64,000 bases of DNA from an uncultured Acidobacteriota bacterium (GTDB lineage: Bacteria > Actinomycetota > Acidimicrobiia > Spongiisociales > ZC4RG35). Of the stretch, positions 31,328 through 40,797 are shown piece after piece. The notes beneath the pieces are model-generated. The model was not told where the DNA came from and did not search any database. It was given only the letters and a program-made list of their open reading frames with translations. The stretch is taken from contig CAWHEU010000027.1 of the NCBI GenBank assembly GCA_963828465.1, positions 9,309-73,308 of the forward strand, read 5' to 3'. The stretch's first letter is position 1. Each line of letters begins with the position of its first letter. Made by a program: the position numbers and the translations under genes.

Positions 31328-32866
31328 TCAGACATCCGAGTCCGGGAAAGAGGCCTTGCGCTGAGCCACCCACTCGGTCAGCTCCGCCTCGATGGCTTCG
31401 TCCAGGGAGGGCGGCTCGTACTCATTGAGCATCTTGCGCCAGATCGTGTGCGCCCTCGAGGCGGCCTCCTGGGATCCCGCTTCGAGCCATTGCTCGAAGC
31501 TGTTGTTGTCCGCGGTGGCGCTGCGCCAGAAGGCGTTCTCGAAGTTGGCCAGGGTGTGGGCGTTCCCCAGGAAATGCTGTCCAGGCGGATTGTCGAGGAG
31601 GGCGTCGAGAGCCTGACCGTTGTCCGAGAGGTCCAATCCTCCGATCAGTGCTTCGGCCATCGATGCTTGATCCGCGTCCAGGACGAACTTCTCGTACCCC
31701 ATCACCAGCCCCCCCTCCAGCCAGCCCGCGGTGTGGAGCACGAAATTGACCCCGGCGAGAAGGGTCGGAAGAAAGGTGGCAGCGGATTCGTAGGCCGCTT
31801 GGTAATCAGGGGTCTTAGCCGCCGTGAGATTCCCACCGCTGCGGAAGGGGACACCAAGTCGCCGGGCCAGCGCTGCCATCACGAAAAGAACGATCGCCGG
31901 CTCGGGTGTGCCGAACGTGGGAGCACCCGACTGCATCGAGATCGAGGAGGCGAAGGACCCGAACACGACGGGTGCACCGGGCCGCACCAACTGGCAAAAG
32001 GCCATGCCGGCCAACGCCTCGGCAAGGGTCTGAGTTGCGGTCCCGGCCACCGTGACCGGCGCCATCGCCCCGGAGAGGATGAAGGGAGTGATGAGGCACG
32101 CCTGGTTGTTCTCGGCGTAGACCTTGGCCGAGCCGAGCATGTTGTAGTCCCAGCTCATCGGGCTGTTGGCGTTGCACAGAGACAACAGGACCGTCTTCCC
32201 CTCGTCGATGTCGCCACCGAACAGGATCCTGACCATGTCGACCGTGTCCTGGGCCCGCTCGGGCGCGGTGACCGAGCCCATGAACGCGCGGTCGTGATTC
32301 TTGATATGGGCAAGGACCATGTCGAAGTGCCGTTTGTTGACCGGCAGGTCGACCGGCTCGCACAGGGTCCCGCCACCGTGATGCAGTGCGGGCGTCAGGT
32401 GAGTCAGACGGGCGAAGTTCTCGAAGTCGGCGAGCGTGGCGTAGCGACGACCTCCATCCAGGTCGCGGACGAAAGGAGATCCGTAGGCCGGGGCGAAGAC
32501 GAGATGGGGGTCGCCGATCACGACGTCGTGCTCGGGGTTCCGGGCGTGCTGGGTGAAGGTCGTTGGCGCGGTTGCCATGAGACTCCTGGCCAGCCCGGCA
32601 GGGAATCTGACCCGGGTCTCGGTGACCTCACATCCACCCTCGCGGAAGATCTCCAGCGCCTCGGGGAAGTTGCCCACCTCGATGCCGACTCTCTCGAGGA
32701 GCAGATCGGCATTGGATTCGATCAGGGAGAGCCCCTCCTCGTCGAGCACCTCGACCGGTGACAGCTTTCGAGTGAGGAACGGCACCGACTCGATGGCCCG
32801 AGCGGTCCTTGCTGCCTGCCGGGCGGCGCGGCCACCGCCCCGACGTCCCGTGCTGGTCTGTTCCAT
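31328..32866 (-). CDS. Trimethylamine methyltransferase (MttB) superfamily, non-pyrrolysine; candidate glycine betaine:corrinoid methyltransferase
   Basis: FAPAYGSPFV, GGTLCEPVD, FMGSVTA, NANSPM, GAMAPVT, SGAPTFGTPE, RSGGNLTAAK, HTAGWLEGGL; no in-frame TAG. Confidence 0.9.
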   Translation of the reverse strand: MEQTSTGRRGGGRAARQAARTARAIESVPFLTRKLSPVEVLDEEGLSLIESNADLLLERVGIEVGNFPEALEIFREGGCEVTETRVRFPAGLARSLMATAPTTFTQHARNPEHDVVIGDPHLVFAPAYGSPFVRDLDGGRRYATLADFENFARLTHLTPALHHGGGTLCEPVDLPVNKRHFDMVLAHIKNHDRAFMGSVTAPERAQDTVDMVRILFGGDIDEGKTVLLSLCNANSPMSWDYNMLGSAKVYAENNQACLITPFILSGAMAPVTVAGTATQTLAEALAGMAFCQLVRPGAPVVFGSFASSISMQSGAPTFGTPEPAIVLFVMAALARRLGVPFRSGGNLTAAKTPDYQAAYESAATFLPTLLAGVNFVLHTAGWLEGGLVMGYEKFVLDADQASMAEALIGGLDLSDNGQALDALLDNPPGQHFLGNAHTLANFENAFWRSATADNNSFEQWLEAGSQEAASRAHTIWRKMLNEYEPPSLDEAIEAELTEWVAQRKASFPDSDV

Positions 32867-32927
32867 GATGCGGTACCAGACTACATCATGGAACAGGAGC
32901 CGGGAAGGGCCGTGGCAGAGCGAGTGG

Positions 32928-34880
32928 TCACCCGGGGCGTCTCCGCCGCCGCTCTCCTGGCTCGGGTCGAGGTGGCATGTCCACCACCTTGGAGAGGAGC
33001 GGGTAGGGGTCGGTCTTGTGGGGTATGGCCAAAGCAGCCACGAAATGCTCCTGGAATCGCGGCTCGACGGCGGTCTCCACCTTCTCGATCTGGTTTGTGA
33101 CCTCCTCGATCTCGCTGCGTGCGACACCGGATAGGAGGGCCATCATCGCCCCGACTCCGGCGGCGTTTCCCGCCGCCGATACCCGGTCGAGATCGCAGTC
33201 GGGGATCATCCCGAGCACCATGGCGTACTTCGGGTCGATATGGCTCCCGAAGGCGCCCGCCAGCCTGATCTCGTCGACCTGATCGACGCCGTAGTGGTCC
33301 ATCAGGAGCCGGGCTCCGGCGTGAAGCGCGGCCTTGGCCAACTGAACGGCGCGCACATCGTTCTGCGTCACCTCTATGAGTGGCTCGGCACACAAGACGT
33401 ACGAGAAAGTGCGGTCCGAAGCCACCACTCGTGACGACGGATTGGCCGGTGGGCGGATGACCCCGTCGGTGTCGATCACTGCGGCTAGATACAGCTCTGC
33501 AATCGCCTCGATGATCCCCGAACCGCAGACCCCGGTGACGGCCCCGAAGTCGAAGCCGGCCTCGTCCGACCAAGGCTCCTGGCCGATTACGGAAAAACGG
33601 GGCTCCAGAGTCGCCCGATCCACGCGGACCCGCTCGATCGCCCCTGGCGCTGCTCGTTGCCCGGCGGAGATCTGCGCTCCTTCGAACGCGGGCCCGGTCG
33701 GGCTCGAGGCGGCCAGGAGGCGTTCTTGATTCCCGAGCACCAATTCGGCGTTGGTACCCACGTCGACGAGCAATTGCAGACGCTCGCCACGATGCGGGCC
33801 TTCGGACAGCACCACCCCGGCGGCGTCGGCGCCGACATGGCCGGCGATGCAGGGAAGCGAATAGACCCTGGCACCGCGGTGGACCTGCAGTCCGAGGTCG
33901 GAGGCGGGCGTGTCGAGGGCCGACGTGGTGACCAACGCAAACGGAGCGGTGCCCAGCTCCCGTGGGTCGAGCCCGAGGAGCAGGTGGTGCATGATCGGGT
34001 TGCCGACAACACTCAGTTCCAGGACATCACCTCGATCGACACCGGCCTCGGTGACCAACTCACCGAGCAAGTCGTCGAGGGCGCCTCGCACCACGTCCGT
34101 CAGCCGGCTCGCACCGTCATCGTTCATCATCACGTACGAGACACGGCTCATCAGATCCTCACCAAACCCGATCTGAGGATTCATCACGCCACTCGTGGCT
34201 AGCACCGACCCGGTCAGGAGATCGCAGAGGTGGCCGGCGATGGTGGTCGAGCCAACATCGAAGGCCACCCCGAGAGCGAGATCACGGAAGCCGGGCCAGA
34301 TCGCGATCAGATCCCTGGCATGACGCACCGCGACAGTCACCGCCCAGTTCCCACTTCGGAGGGTCGTCTGGAGATCTCTCAGGACCGGAGGGTCCACCAC
34401 CAGTCCGCGCAGACCCCACTCCTGTTCGAGAGCGGCGAGGAGACGCTCCAGGTCTCCGGTCGGGCTGGCCAGATCGGGCTCCGGTACCTCGACGTAGTGA
34501 AGCCGGACCACGGGATCTACCGGCAGGGCGGCCACACCGGCCCGCTTGCGCACCACCTGGCGATGGACCTGGCTGTCCGCCGGGACATCGATGACGACGT
34601 CCTCCACGATCCGGGCGGCACAACCCAGTCGGTGGCCGGCGCCCAGCGGTCGCCGACCCTGATAGTCGGTCTCGGTGGGTCCGGGCTCGGAGAGACGGTC
34701 GGCACGGGCCTCGACGCCGGGTCGGCTGCCCATGACCACCTGGCAGCGCCCGCATATTCCCCGGCCGCCGCATACCGAGTCGAGGTCCACTCCGAGGGCC
34801 CGGGCGGCGTCCAGCACTGTGGTGCCCTCGGGAAACGCTCCGCGTCGCCCCGAAGGGCTGAACACCACCTGACGCGTCAC
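32928..34880 (-). CDS. ASKHA/DUF4445 ATP-dependent reductive activator of corrinoid proteins with N-terminal [2Fe-2S] domain (RamA/RACE-like)
   Basis: CGGRGICGRC...RLGC ferredoxin; FDVGSTT, NPQIGFGEDLMSR, GNPIMHH, DVGTNAE, TGPAFEG, CGSG, LAGAFG, GNAAG. Confidence 0.9.
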   Translation of the reverse strand: MTRQVVFSPSGRRGAFPEGTTVLDAARALGVDLDSVCGGRGICGRCQVVMGSRPGVEARADRLSEPGPTETDYQGRRPLGAGHRLGCAARIVEDVVIDVPADSQVHRQVVRKRAGVAALPVDPVVRLHYVEVPEPDLASPTGDLERLLAALEQEWGLRGLVVDPPVLRDLQTTLRSGNWAVTVAVRHARDLIAIWPGFRDLALGVAFDVGSTTIAGHLCDLLTGSVLATSGVMNPQIGFGEDLMSRVSYVMMNDDGASRLTDVVRGALDDLLGELVTEAGVDRGDVLELSVVGNPIMHHLLLGLDPRELGTAPFALVTTSALDTPASDLGLQVHRGARVYSLPCIAGHVGADAAGVVLSEGPHRGERLQLLVDVGTNAELVLGNQERLLAASSPTGPAFEGAQISAGQRAAPGAIERVRVDRATLEPRFSVIGQEPWSDEAGFDFGAVTGVCGSGIIEAIAELYLAAVIDTDGVIRPPANPSSRVVASDRTFSYVLCAEPLIEVTQNDVRAVQLAKAALHAGARLLMDHYGVDQVDEIRLAGAFGSHIDPKYAMVLGMIPDCDLDRVSAAGNAAGVGAMMALLSGVARSEIEEVTNQIEKVETAVEPRFQEHFVAALAIPHKTDPYPLLSKVVDMPPRPEPGERRRRRPG

Positions 34881-34886
34881 GGCCGG

Positions 34887-35783
34887 TCAGCCGCGACGGC
34901 GGCGGTTCTCACGACGACGGCCTTCCTCGCCGGCGGCGGGAGGCTCTCGATAGGTCTTGATCCAGGTGGCGCAGTTGGGGTCGCGCCCGTTCAAGACGTC
35001 GGCGGCCATGATCGACTGGCGGATCTCGGCCTCGAGAGGGTTGGTGATCGCCGATGTCATGCCGGCACCGATCGCCATGGCCAGGAAGGCGGCATTGATC
35101 CCGGCCCGATTGGGGAGGCCGAAACTGATGTTGGAGGCCCCGCACGTGGTGTTTACCCCCAACTCGTCGCGAAGCCTCCCGATCAGGTGGAACACCTGCC
35201 TCCCCGCCGTGGCCATGGCGCCGATTGGCATCACCAATGGGTCGACCACGACGTCTTCCCGGGGTATGCCGTGATCAGCGGCCCGTCCGACGATCTTCTT
35301 CGCCACCTCGAACCGGACATCGGGGTCCTCGGAGATCCCGGTTTCGTCGTTGGAAATCGCGACCACTGCCGCCCCGTGCTTCGCGATGAGAGGCAGAACC
35401 TGTTCGAGGCGCTCCTCCTCCCCGGTGACCGAGTTCACCAGGGCCTTGCCCCGATACGCGAGGAGCCCGGACTCGAGGGCGGCGACGATCGACGAGTCGA
35501 TGGACAAGGGGGCGTCCGTCAATGACTGGACCAGCTCGACAGCCCGGGCGAGCAGTGCAGGTTCGTCGGCGAGGGGGATGCCGGCATTCACATCGAGCAT
35601 CTGCGCGCCGGCGCCGACCTGACTCAAGGCGTCTGCCTCCACTCGGGAGAAGTCGCCCTTCTTCATCTCTTCGGCGAGGAGCCGACGCCCGGTTGGATTG
35701 ATTCGCTCCCCGATCAAGACGAAGGGACGCTCGAATCCGATGACGACTTCGCGGGTCTCCGAGGAGACGACGGTGTCGGTCAT
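34887..35783 (-). CDS. Methyltetrahydrofolate:corrinoid methyltransferase (stand-alone pterin-binding domain)
   Basis: IGERINPTGR, LDVNAG, LSIDSS, VNSVTGE, VDPLVMP, GASNISFGLPNR. Confidence 0.9.
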   Translation of the reverse strand: MTDTVVSSETREVVIGFERPFVLIGERINPTGRRLLAEEMKKGDFSRVEADALSQVGAGAQMLDVNAGIPLADEPALLARAVELVQSLTDAPLSIDSSIVAALESGLLAYRGKALVNSVTGEEERLEQVLPLIAKHGAAVVAISNDETGISEDPDVRFEVAKKIVGRAADHGIPREDVVVDPLVMPIGAMATAGRQVFHLIGRLRDELGVNTTCGASNISFGLPNRAGINAAFLAMAIGAGMTSAITNPLEAEIRQSIMAADVLNGRDPNCATWIKTYREPPAAGEEGRRRENRRRRG

Positions 35784-36091
35784 CGTGTCCCGCCGTTGGC
35801 GGCGAGATCGTTCAAGGTCTCGGAGTCGTATTCGGTCTCGAGACGCGCCGCTTCGGAGGCGACTTCTGACTCGAGATCGTCACCGCACGGTCTGGTGTCC
35901 TTGACCCATTCCGACAGGTACTCGTCGGTACCGAACAGGCCCGCGTACATGGCGGCACGATCGATCGCGACCTGGAACCTCGCCGAGAGCTCGCTTTTGG
36001 CTGTCTCATCGCCCCGACGGGCAAGCACCTGGGCGGGGATCTCCCGCCAGCGAATGACGGTCAGCTGGGGCCCGCGTACCCGCGGACTCAC
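35780..36091 (-). CDS. 'Virulence factor' domain small protein
   Basis: VIRWREIPAQV, LSARFQVAIDRAAM, YLSEW; translationally coupled within the corrinoid operon. Confidence 0.75.
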   Translation of the reverse strand: MSPRVRGPQLTVIRWREIPAQVLARRGDETAKSELSARFQVAIDRAAMYAGLFGTDEYLSEWVKDTRPCGDDLESEVASEAARLETEYDSETLNDLAANGGTR

Positions 36092-36699
36092 GCCGGCACC
36101 CGTCGGGTGACCTCAACGAGCGTGGAGGCCAGGTCGCCGTAGCCGGTGTGTCGTTGCTCGAACGAGAGACCGAGACGGTGGGCCGCCGCCTTGGCGCGTT
36201 CGACGAGGTCGGACGTGGGGACCTGGGAGAGATAGACCAGACGGCGGTAATTGCCGAAGTAGGTGTCACGGAGATCGGGCCAGCGATCGAGACCGAGACC
36301 GGCCCACACCAGACGATCGAAGTGGTGTGCGAGGAAATCGGTCAGGTAGAACGTGCCCGGCTCACGGGCGTGCAGGTCCGAGAAGCCGGGCCCGGTGGCG
36401 TAGAACTCGTAGCAATGGGCCCCGGGCAAGCGGCCCACTCCTCGTGCTTCTAGTACCCGGTCGAGTAGGCCGCCGGTCCCGCAGTCGGCGTAACCGACGA
36501 AGACGTTCCTGTATCGCTCCTCAGCGGCATCGAGGCGCGCCTCGACCGCGGCCGGAATGAGGTCCGGGGTGTTGTGGAGATTGGCGGGGAGGCACTCGAC
36601 GTCGACCCAGTCCAGCGAGTTGAGTCGCACGACGTCGAGGACCTCGCGGGCCAGCGCCCCGCAGGCGATCACCAGTAGTCGATCGCCCTCGTCGCTCAT
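36088..36699 (-). CDS. DUF1638 domain protein (B12-reactivation associated)
   Basis: IACGALARE, LPANLHNTP, VGYADCGTGGLLD, PGAHCY, GTFYLTDFL, YFGNY. Confidence 0.85.
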   Translation of the reverse strand: MSDEGDRLLVIACGALAREVLDVVRLNSLDWVDVECLPANLHNTPDLIPAAVEARLDAAEERYRNVFVGYADCGTGGLLDRVLEARGVGRLPGAHCYEFYATGPGFSDLHAREPGTFYLTDFLAHHFDRLVWAGLGLDRWPDLRDTYFGNYRRLVYLSQVPTSDLVERAKAAAHRLGLSFEQRHTGYGDLASTLVEVTRRVPA

Positions 36700-37403
36700 T
36701 GGTCTTCACCTCCCGTGAGGCGGCGAGCCAGCACGAGAGCTTCGGCGGTCTCCGTTGCGACGGCGGCATCACGGCAGTAGGCGTCGGCGCCGATTGCTTG
36801 CCCAAACTCCTCGTTGAGCGGGGCGCCACCGACCATGACGATGTAGTCGTCCCGGATGTTCTTCTCCTTCAGGGCTTCGATGACCACCTTCATGTAGGGC
36901 ATGGTGGTGGTCAGCAAGGCAGACATTCCGAGGATGTCGGGCTTGTGCTCGTCGAGAGCGGCGATGAACTCGTCGGCATCGGTGTTGATCCCCAGGTTGA
37001 TCACCTCGAACCCGGCCCCTTCCAGCATCATCGCGACAAGGTTCTTTCCGATGTCGTGGATGTCGCCCTTCACTGTCCCGATCACGACCTTGCCGATCGT
37101 CTGGGCCCCGGTTTCGGCGAGCAGGGGCCGCAGCACCTCCATGCCCGCCTTCATTGCGTTGGCGGCAAGCAGCACCTCGGGGACGAAGAGGATGCCGTCC
37201 CGAAAATCGATCCCAACGATCCGCATACCTTCGACCAGGGCATCATTGAGGACCCTCTGCGGATCCCAGCCCCGGGAGAGCAGGATCTCTGTCCCCTCGA
37301 CGATCTCGTCGGCAAGACCGTCGTAGAGGTCGTCGTGCATCTGATTCGCCAGATCAGGGTCGGAAAGTGAATTCAGATCGAGTTCATCGTCGGCCATCGC
37401 CAC
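36696..37403 (-). CDS. Stand-alone corrinoid (B12-binding) protein
   Basis: Cap domain LFVPEVLLAANAMK; GDIHDIGKN (DxHxxG), GMSALLTTT, MVGGAP. Confidence 0.93.
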   Translation of the reverse strand: MAMADDELDLNSLSDPDLANQMHDDLYDGLADEIVEGTEILLSRGWDPQRVLNDALVEGMRIVGIDFRDGILFVPEVLLAANAMKAGMEVLRPLLAETGAQTIGKVVIGTVKGDIHDIGKNLVAMMLEGAGFEVINLGINTDADEFIAALDEHKPDILGMSALLTTTMPYMKVVIEALKEKNIRDDYIVMVGGAPLNEEFGQAIGADAYCRDAAVATETAEALVLARRLTGGEDQ

Positions 37404-37421
37404 TCCATGAGATCACCGTTC

Positions 37422-37460
37422 GTGTTCCACGATGCGGGGCTGTGCTATATGTTGGAACAC
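37422..37460. promoter_or_regulatory. Candidate operator in the divergent corrinoid-operon / dehydrogenase promoter
   Basis: GTGTTCCA-N23-TGGAACAC inverted repeat that could hold two IclR-style sites. Confidence 0.45.
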
Positions 37461-37528
37461 TAGTCTGCCGCCCCACCAGGGTCCATGGCGGGCCATGATT
37501 GACCTGACCGGAGAACGAGGTTTCAGAC

Positions 37529-40036
37529 GTGAGTGATGTGCCTTCCAGTGCGAGCGTGGTGGTGATCGGAGCGGGGATCGTCGGCAACTCGGTGGTGGGC
37601 CATCTCGCCGAGCTCGGCTGGCGCGACATCGTCCAAATCGACAAGGGACCGCTGCCCAATCCAGGCGGATCGACCGGTCACGCCTCCAACTTCATCTTCC
37701 CGGTCGATCACAACAAGGAAATGGCGATGCTCACCCTCGACAGCCAACGTCAGTACGAGGAGATGGGGGTCAACGTCACCTGCGGTGGGATCGAGGTTGC
37801 CCGCACCAAGGAGCGGATGGAAGAGCTGCGCAGGCGGATGAGCTCGGCGAAGAACTGGGACATGGAGGCACATCTGGTGACTCCGGCCGAGATAAAGGAG
37901 CTGGTCCCTTTCATCAACGAGAAGATCCTCCTCGGGGGCTGTTACTTCCCCACGGTGTCGGCCGTCGACTCGCTGCGAGCGGGGACGATCTTCAGGGAGA
38001 AGGCAAACGGCCTCGGAGCGTTGCAGACCATGGCCAACACCGAGATCCTCGGCATCGAGACCGATCGAGGACGGGTCACGGCGGTCGTCACCGACAAGGG
38101 CCGCGTCGAGGCCGAGTACGTGGTGATCGCCTGCGGGGTGTGGAGCCCCCGGATCGCCCGTATGGCCGGGGCCAGCATCCCCCTCACCCCGGCAGTGCAC
38201 CAGATGATCGATGTCGGGCCGATCCCGATCCTCCAGGAGTCAGGCAAGGAACTCGCCTTCCCCATCGTGCGCGACATGGACACTTTTATGTACGAGCGAC
38301 AGACCTCGGGGTCGATGGAGGTCGGCTCCTACGCCCATCGCCCGATATTTCATTCCCCCGATGAGATCCCATCGATCGCCGAGGCCCGCCTCTCCCCGAC
38401 CGAGCTTCCCTTCACGGAGGACGACTTCGACACCCAGCTGGAGGACGCGCTCGAGCTGATGCCCGAGATCCTGTCCCAAGCAGAGATCAAGTACGCCATC
38501 AACGGACTGCTCTCACTCACCCCCGATGCCATGCCCCTGATCGGCGAGACGGTCGAGGTGCGAAATCTCTGGTCGGCTGCCGCCATCTGGATCAAGGAGG
38601 GGCCGGGTACGGGCCGGGCGGTGGCGGAGTGGATGACCAACGGGTATCCCGAGCTAGATCCGCACGCCTCGGACATCGCCCGCTTCTACCCTTACGCCCG
38701 CACCGAGCACCACGTTCGGGCTCGCTGCGCCGAGCATTTCAACAAGACGTACGGGATCGTCCATCCCCGAGAGCAGTGGGCCTCCGAACGGGACAAGAGG
38801 CTCTCCCCGGTGCATTCCCGCACCGCCGAGCTGGGCGCGGTCTATTTCGAGGCCGGAGGATGGGAGCGCCCGCACTGGTACGAGTCGAACGCACCTCTCG
38901 TCGATCACTACGGAATCGAAGACCGGCCCCACGAATGGGACCGGCGTTGGTGGTCGCCGATCCAAAACGCCGAACACCTGGCCATGCGGGAGAAGGTGGG
39001 TCTCGTCGACCTGGCGCCTTTCGTCATCTTTGATTTCACCGGCCTCGGGGTCGTCGATTTCATCCAGCGGATGACGGTCAACAACGCCGATGTGGCAGTA
39101 GGCCGCTCGGTGTACACCCCTTTGCTCACCGGGTCCGGAGGGTTCAAGGCCGACCTGACAGTGCTCAGGCTGGGTGAGGAGCATTTCAGGGTGATCACCG
39201 GCGCGTTCGACGGGCCAAGGGACAAGCACTGGTTCCAGAGCCATCTCCCCGAGGACGGGTCGGTCTACATGAGCGATTCCACCTCGGCCTACACCACCAT
39301 CGGTGTCTGGGGACCCGAGGCGCGCAATCTCATCTCATCCATCACGGATCACGACCTCTCCAACGAGGCTTTCCCCTACGGGACGACCCAGGCGGTCGAC
39401 TTCGGCTCGATCAACGCCCGACTCTTCCGGATCTCGTATGTCGGCGACCTGGGCTGGGAGGTCTACGTGCCCACCGAGGCCGGGCGCCTGATGTGGGACC
39501 AGCTGTGGGGGGCAGGACAGGATCTCGGCGTCGTGGCCGTGGGCGCCGGGGTGTACGGGACCACGGGCCGCCTGGAGAAGGGCTACCGGCTGATGGGGTC
39601 TGAGCTGGAGAGCGAGTACAACCCCGTCGAGGCGGGGTTGGCCAGGCCGCGGGTCAAGGAACACGATTTCATCGGGAAGGAGGCGTATCTGTCCGCCCGG
39701 GAGGAGGAGCCGGCGGCGACCCTGTGCACCCTCACCGTGGAGGACCATGTCTCCCCCCGCGATGGGATAAAGCGCTACCCCACCGGGCGGGAGCCGATCA
39801 CCACGCCCGATGGCGGCCGAATCACCGACCGGAAGGGTCGGCCGTCCTACGTCACCACCGCCGGGGCGGGGCCCTCGGTGGGCAAGTTCCTCCTGATGTC
39901 CTATCTGCCACCGGAGCACGCCGTTGTGGGCAACGACCTCGCCGTGATGTACATGAACGAGCTCTATCCGGTGAAAGTGGCGGTCGCCGGCTCGACTCCG
40001 TTGTTCGACCCCCACGACGCCCGGATGAAGGGGTGA
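37529..40036 (+). CDS. Dimethylglycine/sarcosine dehydrogenase family (FAD domain plus GcvT domain)
   Basis: IGAGIVG, GSTGHAS (covalent FAD His position), PAVHQM, NGLLSLTPD, GWERP, RISYVGDLGWE, RLEKGY; 835 aa; coupled to etfBA. Confidence 0.88.
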   Translation: MSDVPSSASVVVIGAGIVGNSVVGHLAELGWRDIVQIDKGPLPNPGGSTGHASNFIFPVDHNKEMAMLTLDSQRQYEEMGVNVTCGGIEVARTKERMEELRRRMSSAKNWDMEAHLVTPAEIKELVPFINEKILLGGCYFPTVSAVDSLRAGTIFREKANGLGALQTMANTEILGIETDRGRVTAVVTDKGRVEAEYVVIACGVWSPRIARMAGASIPLTPAVHQMIDVGPIPILQESGKELAFPIVRDMDTFMYERQTSGSMEVGSYAHRPIFHSPDEIPSIAEARLSPTELPFTEDDFDTQLEDALELMPEILSQAEIKYAINGLLSLTPDAMPLIGETVEVRNLWSAAAIWIKEGPGTGRAVAEWMTNGYPELDPHASDIARFYPYARTEHHVRARCAEHFNKTYGIVHPREQWASERDKRLSPVHSRTAELGAVYFEAGGWERPHWYESNAPLVDHYGIEDRPHEWDRRWWSPIQNAEHLAMREKVGLVDLAPFVIFDFTGLGVVDFIQRMTVNNADVAVGRSVYTPLLTGSGGFKADLTVLRLGEEHFRVITGAFDGPRDKHWFQSHLPEDGSVYMSDSTSAYTTIGVWGPEARNLISSITDHDLSNEAFPYGTTQAVDFGSINARLFRISYVGDLGWEVYVPTEAGRLMWDQLWGAGQDLGVVAVGAGVYGTTGRLEKGYRLMGSELESEYNPVEAGLARPRVKEHDFIGKEAYLSAREEEPAATLCTLTVEDHVSPRDGIKRYPTGREPITTPDGGRITDRKGRPSYVTTAGAGPSVGKFLLMSYLPPEHAVVGNDLAVMYMNELYPVKVAVAGSTPLFDPHDARMKG

Positions 40037-40797
40037 GGACCCTCGTCTGCATCAAGCGGGTCCCGGCTCCGGGTGCCCGCATCGTCCTCACCGACGACCG
40101 ACAGGCGATCGACGCTCGACACCTGCCGTTCACGACCAGCCCTCATGAGGAGTGCGCCGTCGAGGAGGCGGTCCGTATCAAAGAGCAGCACGGCGGGACA
40201 GTGGTCGTGATGACCCTCGGCCCGGCGGAGGCCGAGGAACAACTTCGCTATGCCGTGTCGGTGGGCGCCGACGAGGCGGTATTGCTGGCGACTGACGGGG
40301 CCGATTGGGACCCGCAGGCGACGGCTGCCGCTCTCGTCGCCAGGATCGAAGAACTCGAGGCCGGAGATGGCCGGTTCGATCTCATCCTCTTCGGCAACGA
40401 GTCTGCCGACGCCGGTGGGTATCAAGTGGGGATCCGGGTGGCTCATGCTCTGGGCCGGCCGGTGGTGGGCGGGATCAAGGCCATAGACATGGAAGACGAG
40501 ACGATGGTCGCCCGGCGGGAGACCGACGCCGGATTCGAGGTCTACCGGCTCCCGATCCCGGCTGTTGCGGCTGTAAAAGAGGGGATCAACCTGCCCCGAT
40601 ATCCGACCCTTCCCTCCCGGCTCAGGGCCAAGAAGGTGGAGGTGTCGAGCGCCGCCCCGGAACATTCACCGGGTGGCCTTCGCATGCTCCGTCTGGTCAA
40701 CCCTCCAGAGGTGGCCAGTTCGACCACGATCCTCGGCCAGGGACCCGACGCTGCCCCGGCGGTGGCCGACCTGTTCGAGGAGCTGGGTCTGCTGTGA
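40033..40797 (+). CDS. etfB: Electron transfer flavoprotein beta subunit
   Basis: LVCIKRVP, AVEEA, MTLGP, FGNESADAG, INLPRYPTL; GTG start overlaps the previous TGA. Confidence 0.9.
   Translation: MRTLVCIKRVPAPGARIVLTDDRQAIDARHLPFTTSPHEECAVEEAVRIKEQHGGTVVVMTLGPAEAEEQLRYAVSVGADEAVLLATDGADWDPQATAAALVARIEELEAGDGRFDLILFGNESADAGGYQVGIRVAHALGRPVVGGIKAIDMEDETMVARRETDAGFEVYRLPIPAVAAVKEGINLPRYPTLPSRLRAKKVEVSSAAPEHSPGGLRMLRLVNPPEVASSTTILGQGPDAAPAVADLFEELGLL

Noticed and set aside
31328-32866. Pyrrolysine recoding in MttB
   Set aside because: No in-frame TAG, Leu at the aligned position, and no pyl genes seen.
37404-37528. Cobalamin riboswitch upstream of the corrinoid operon
   Set aside because: No B12-box-like sequence recognised and the gap is short.
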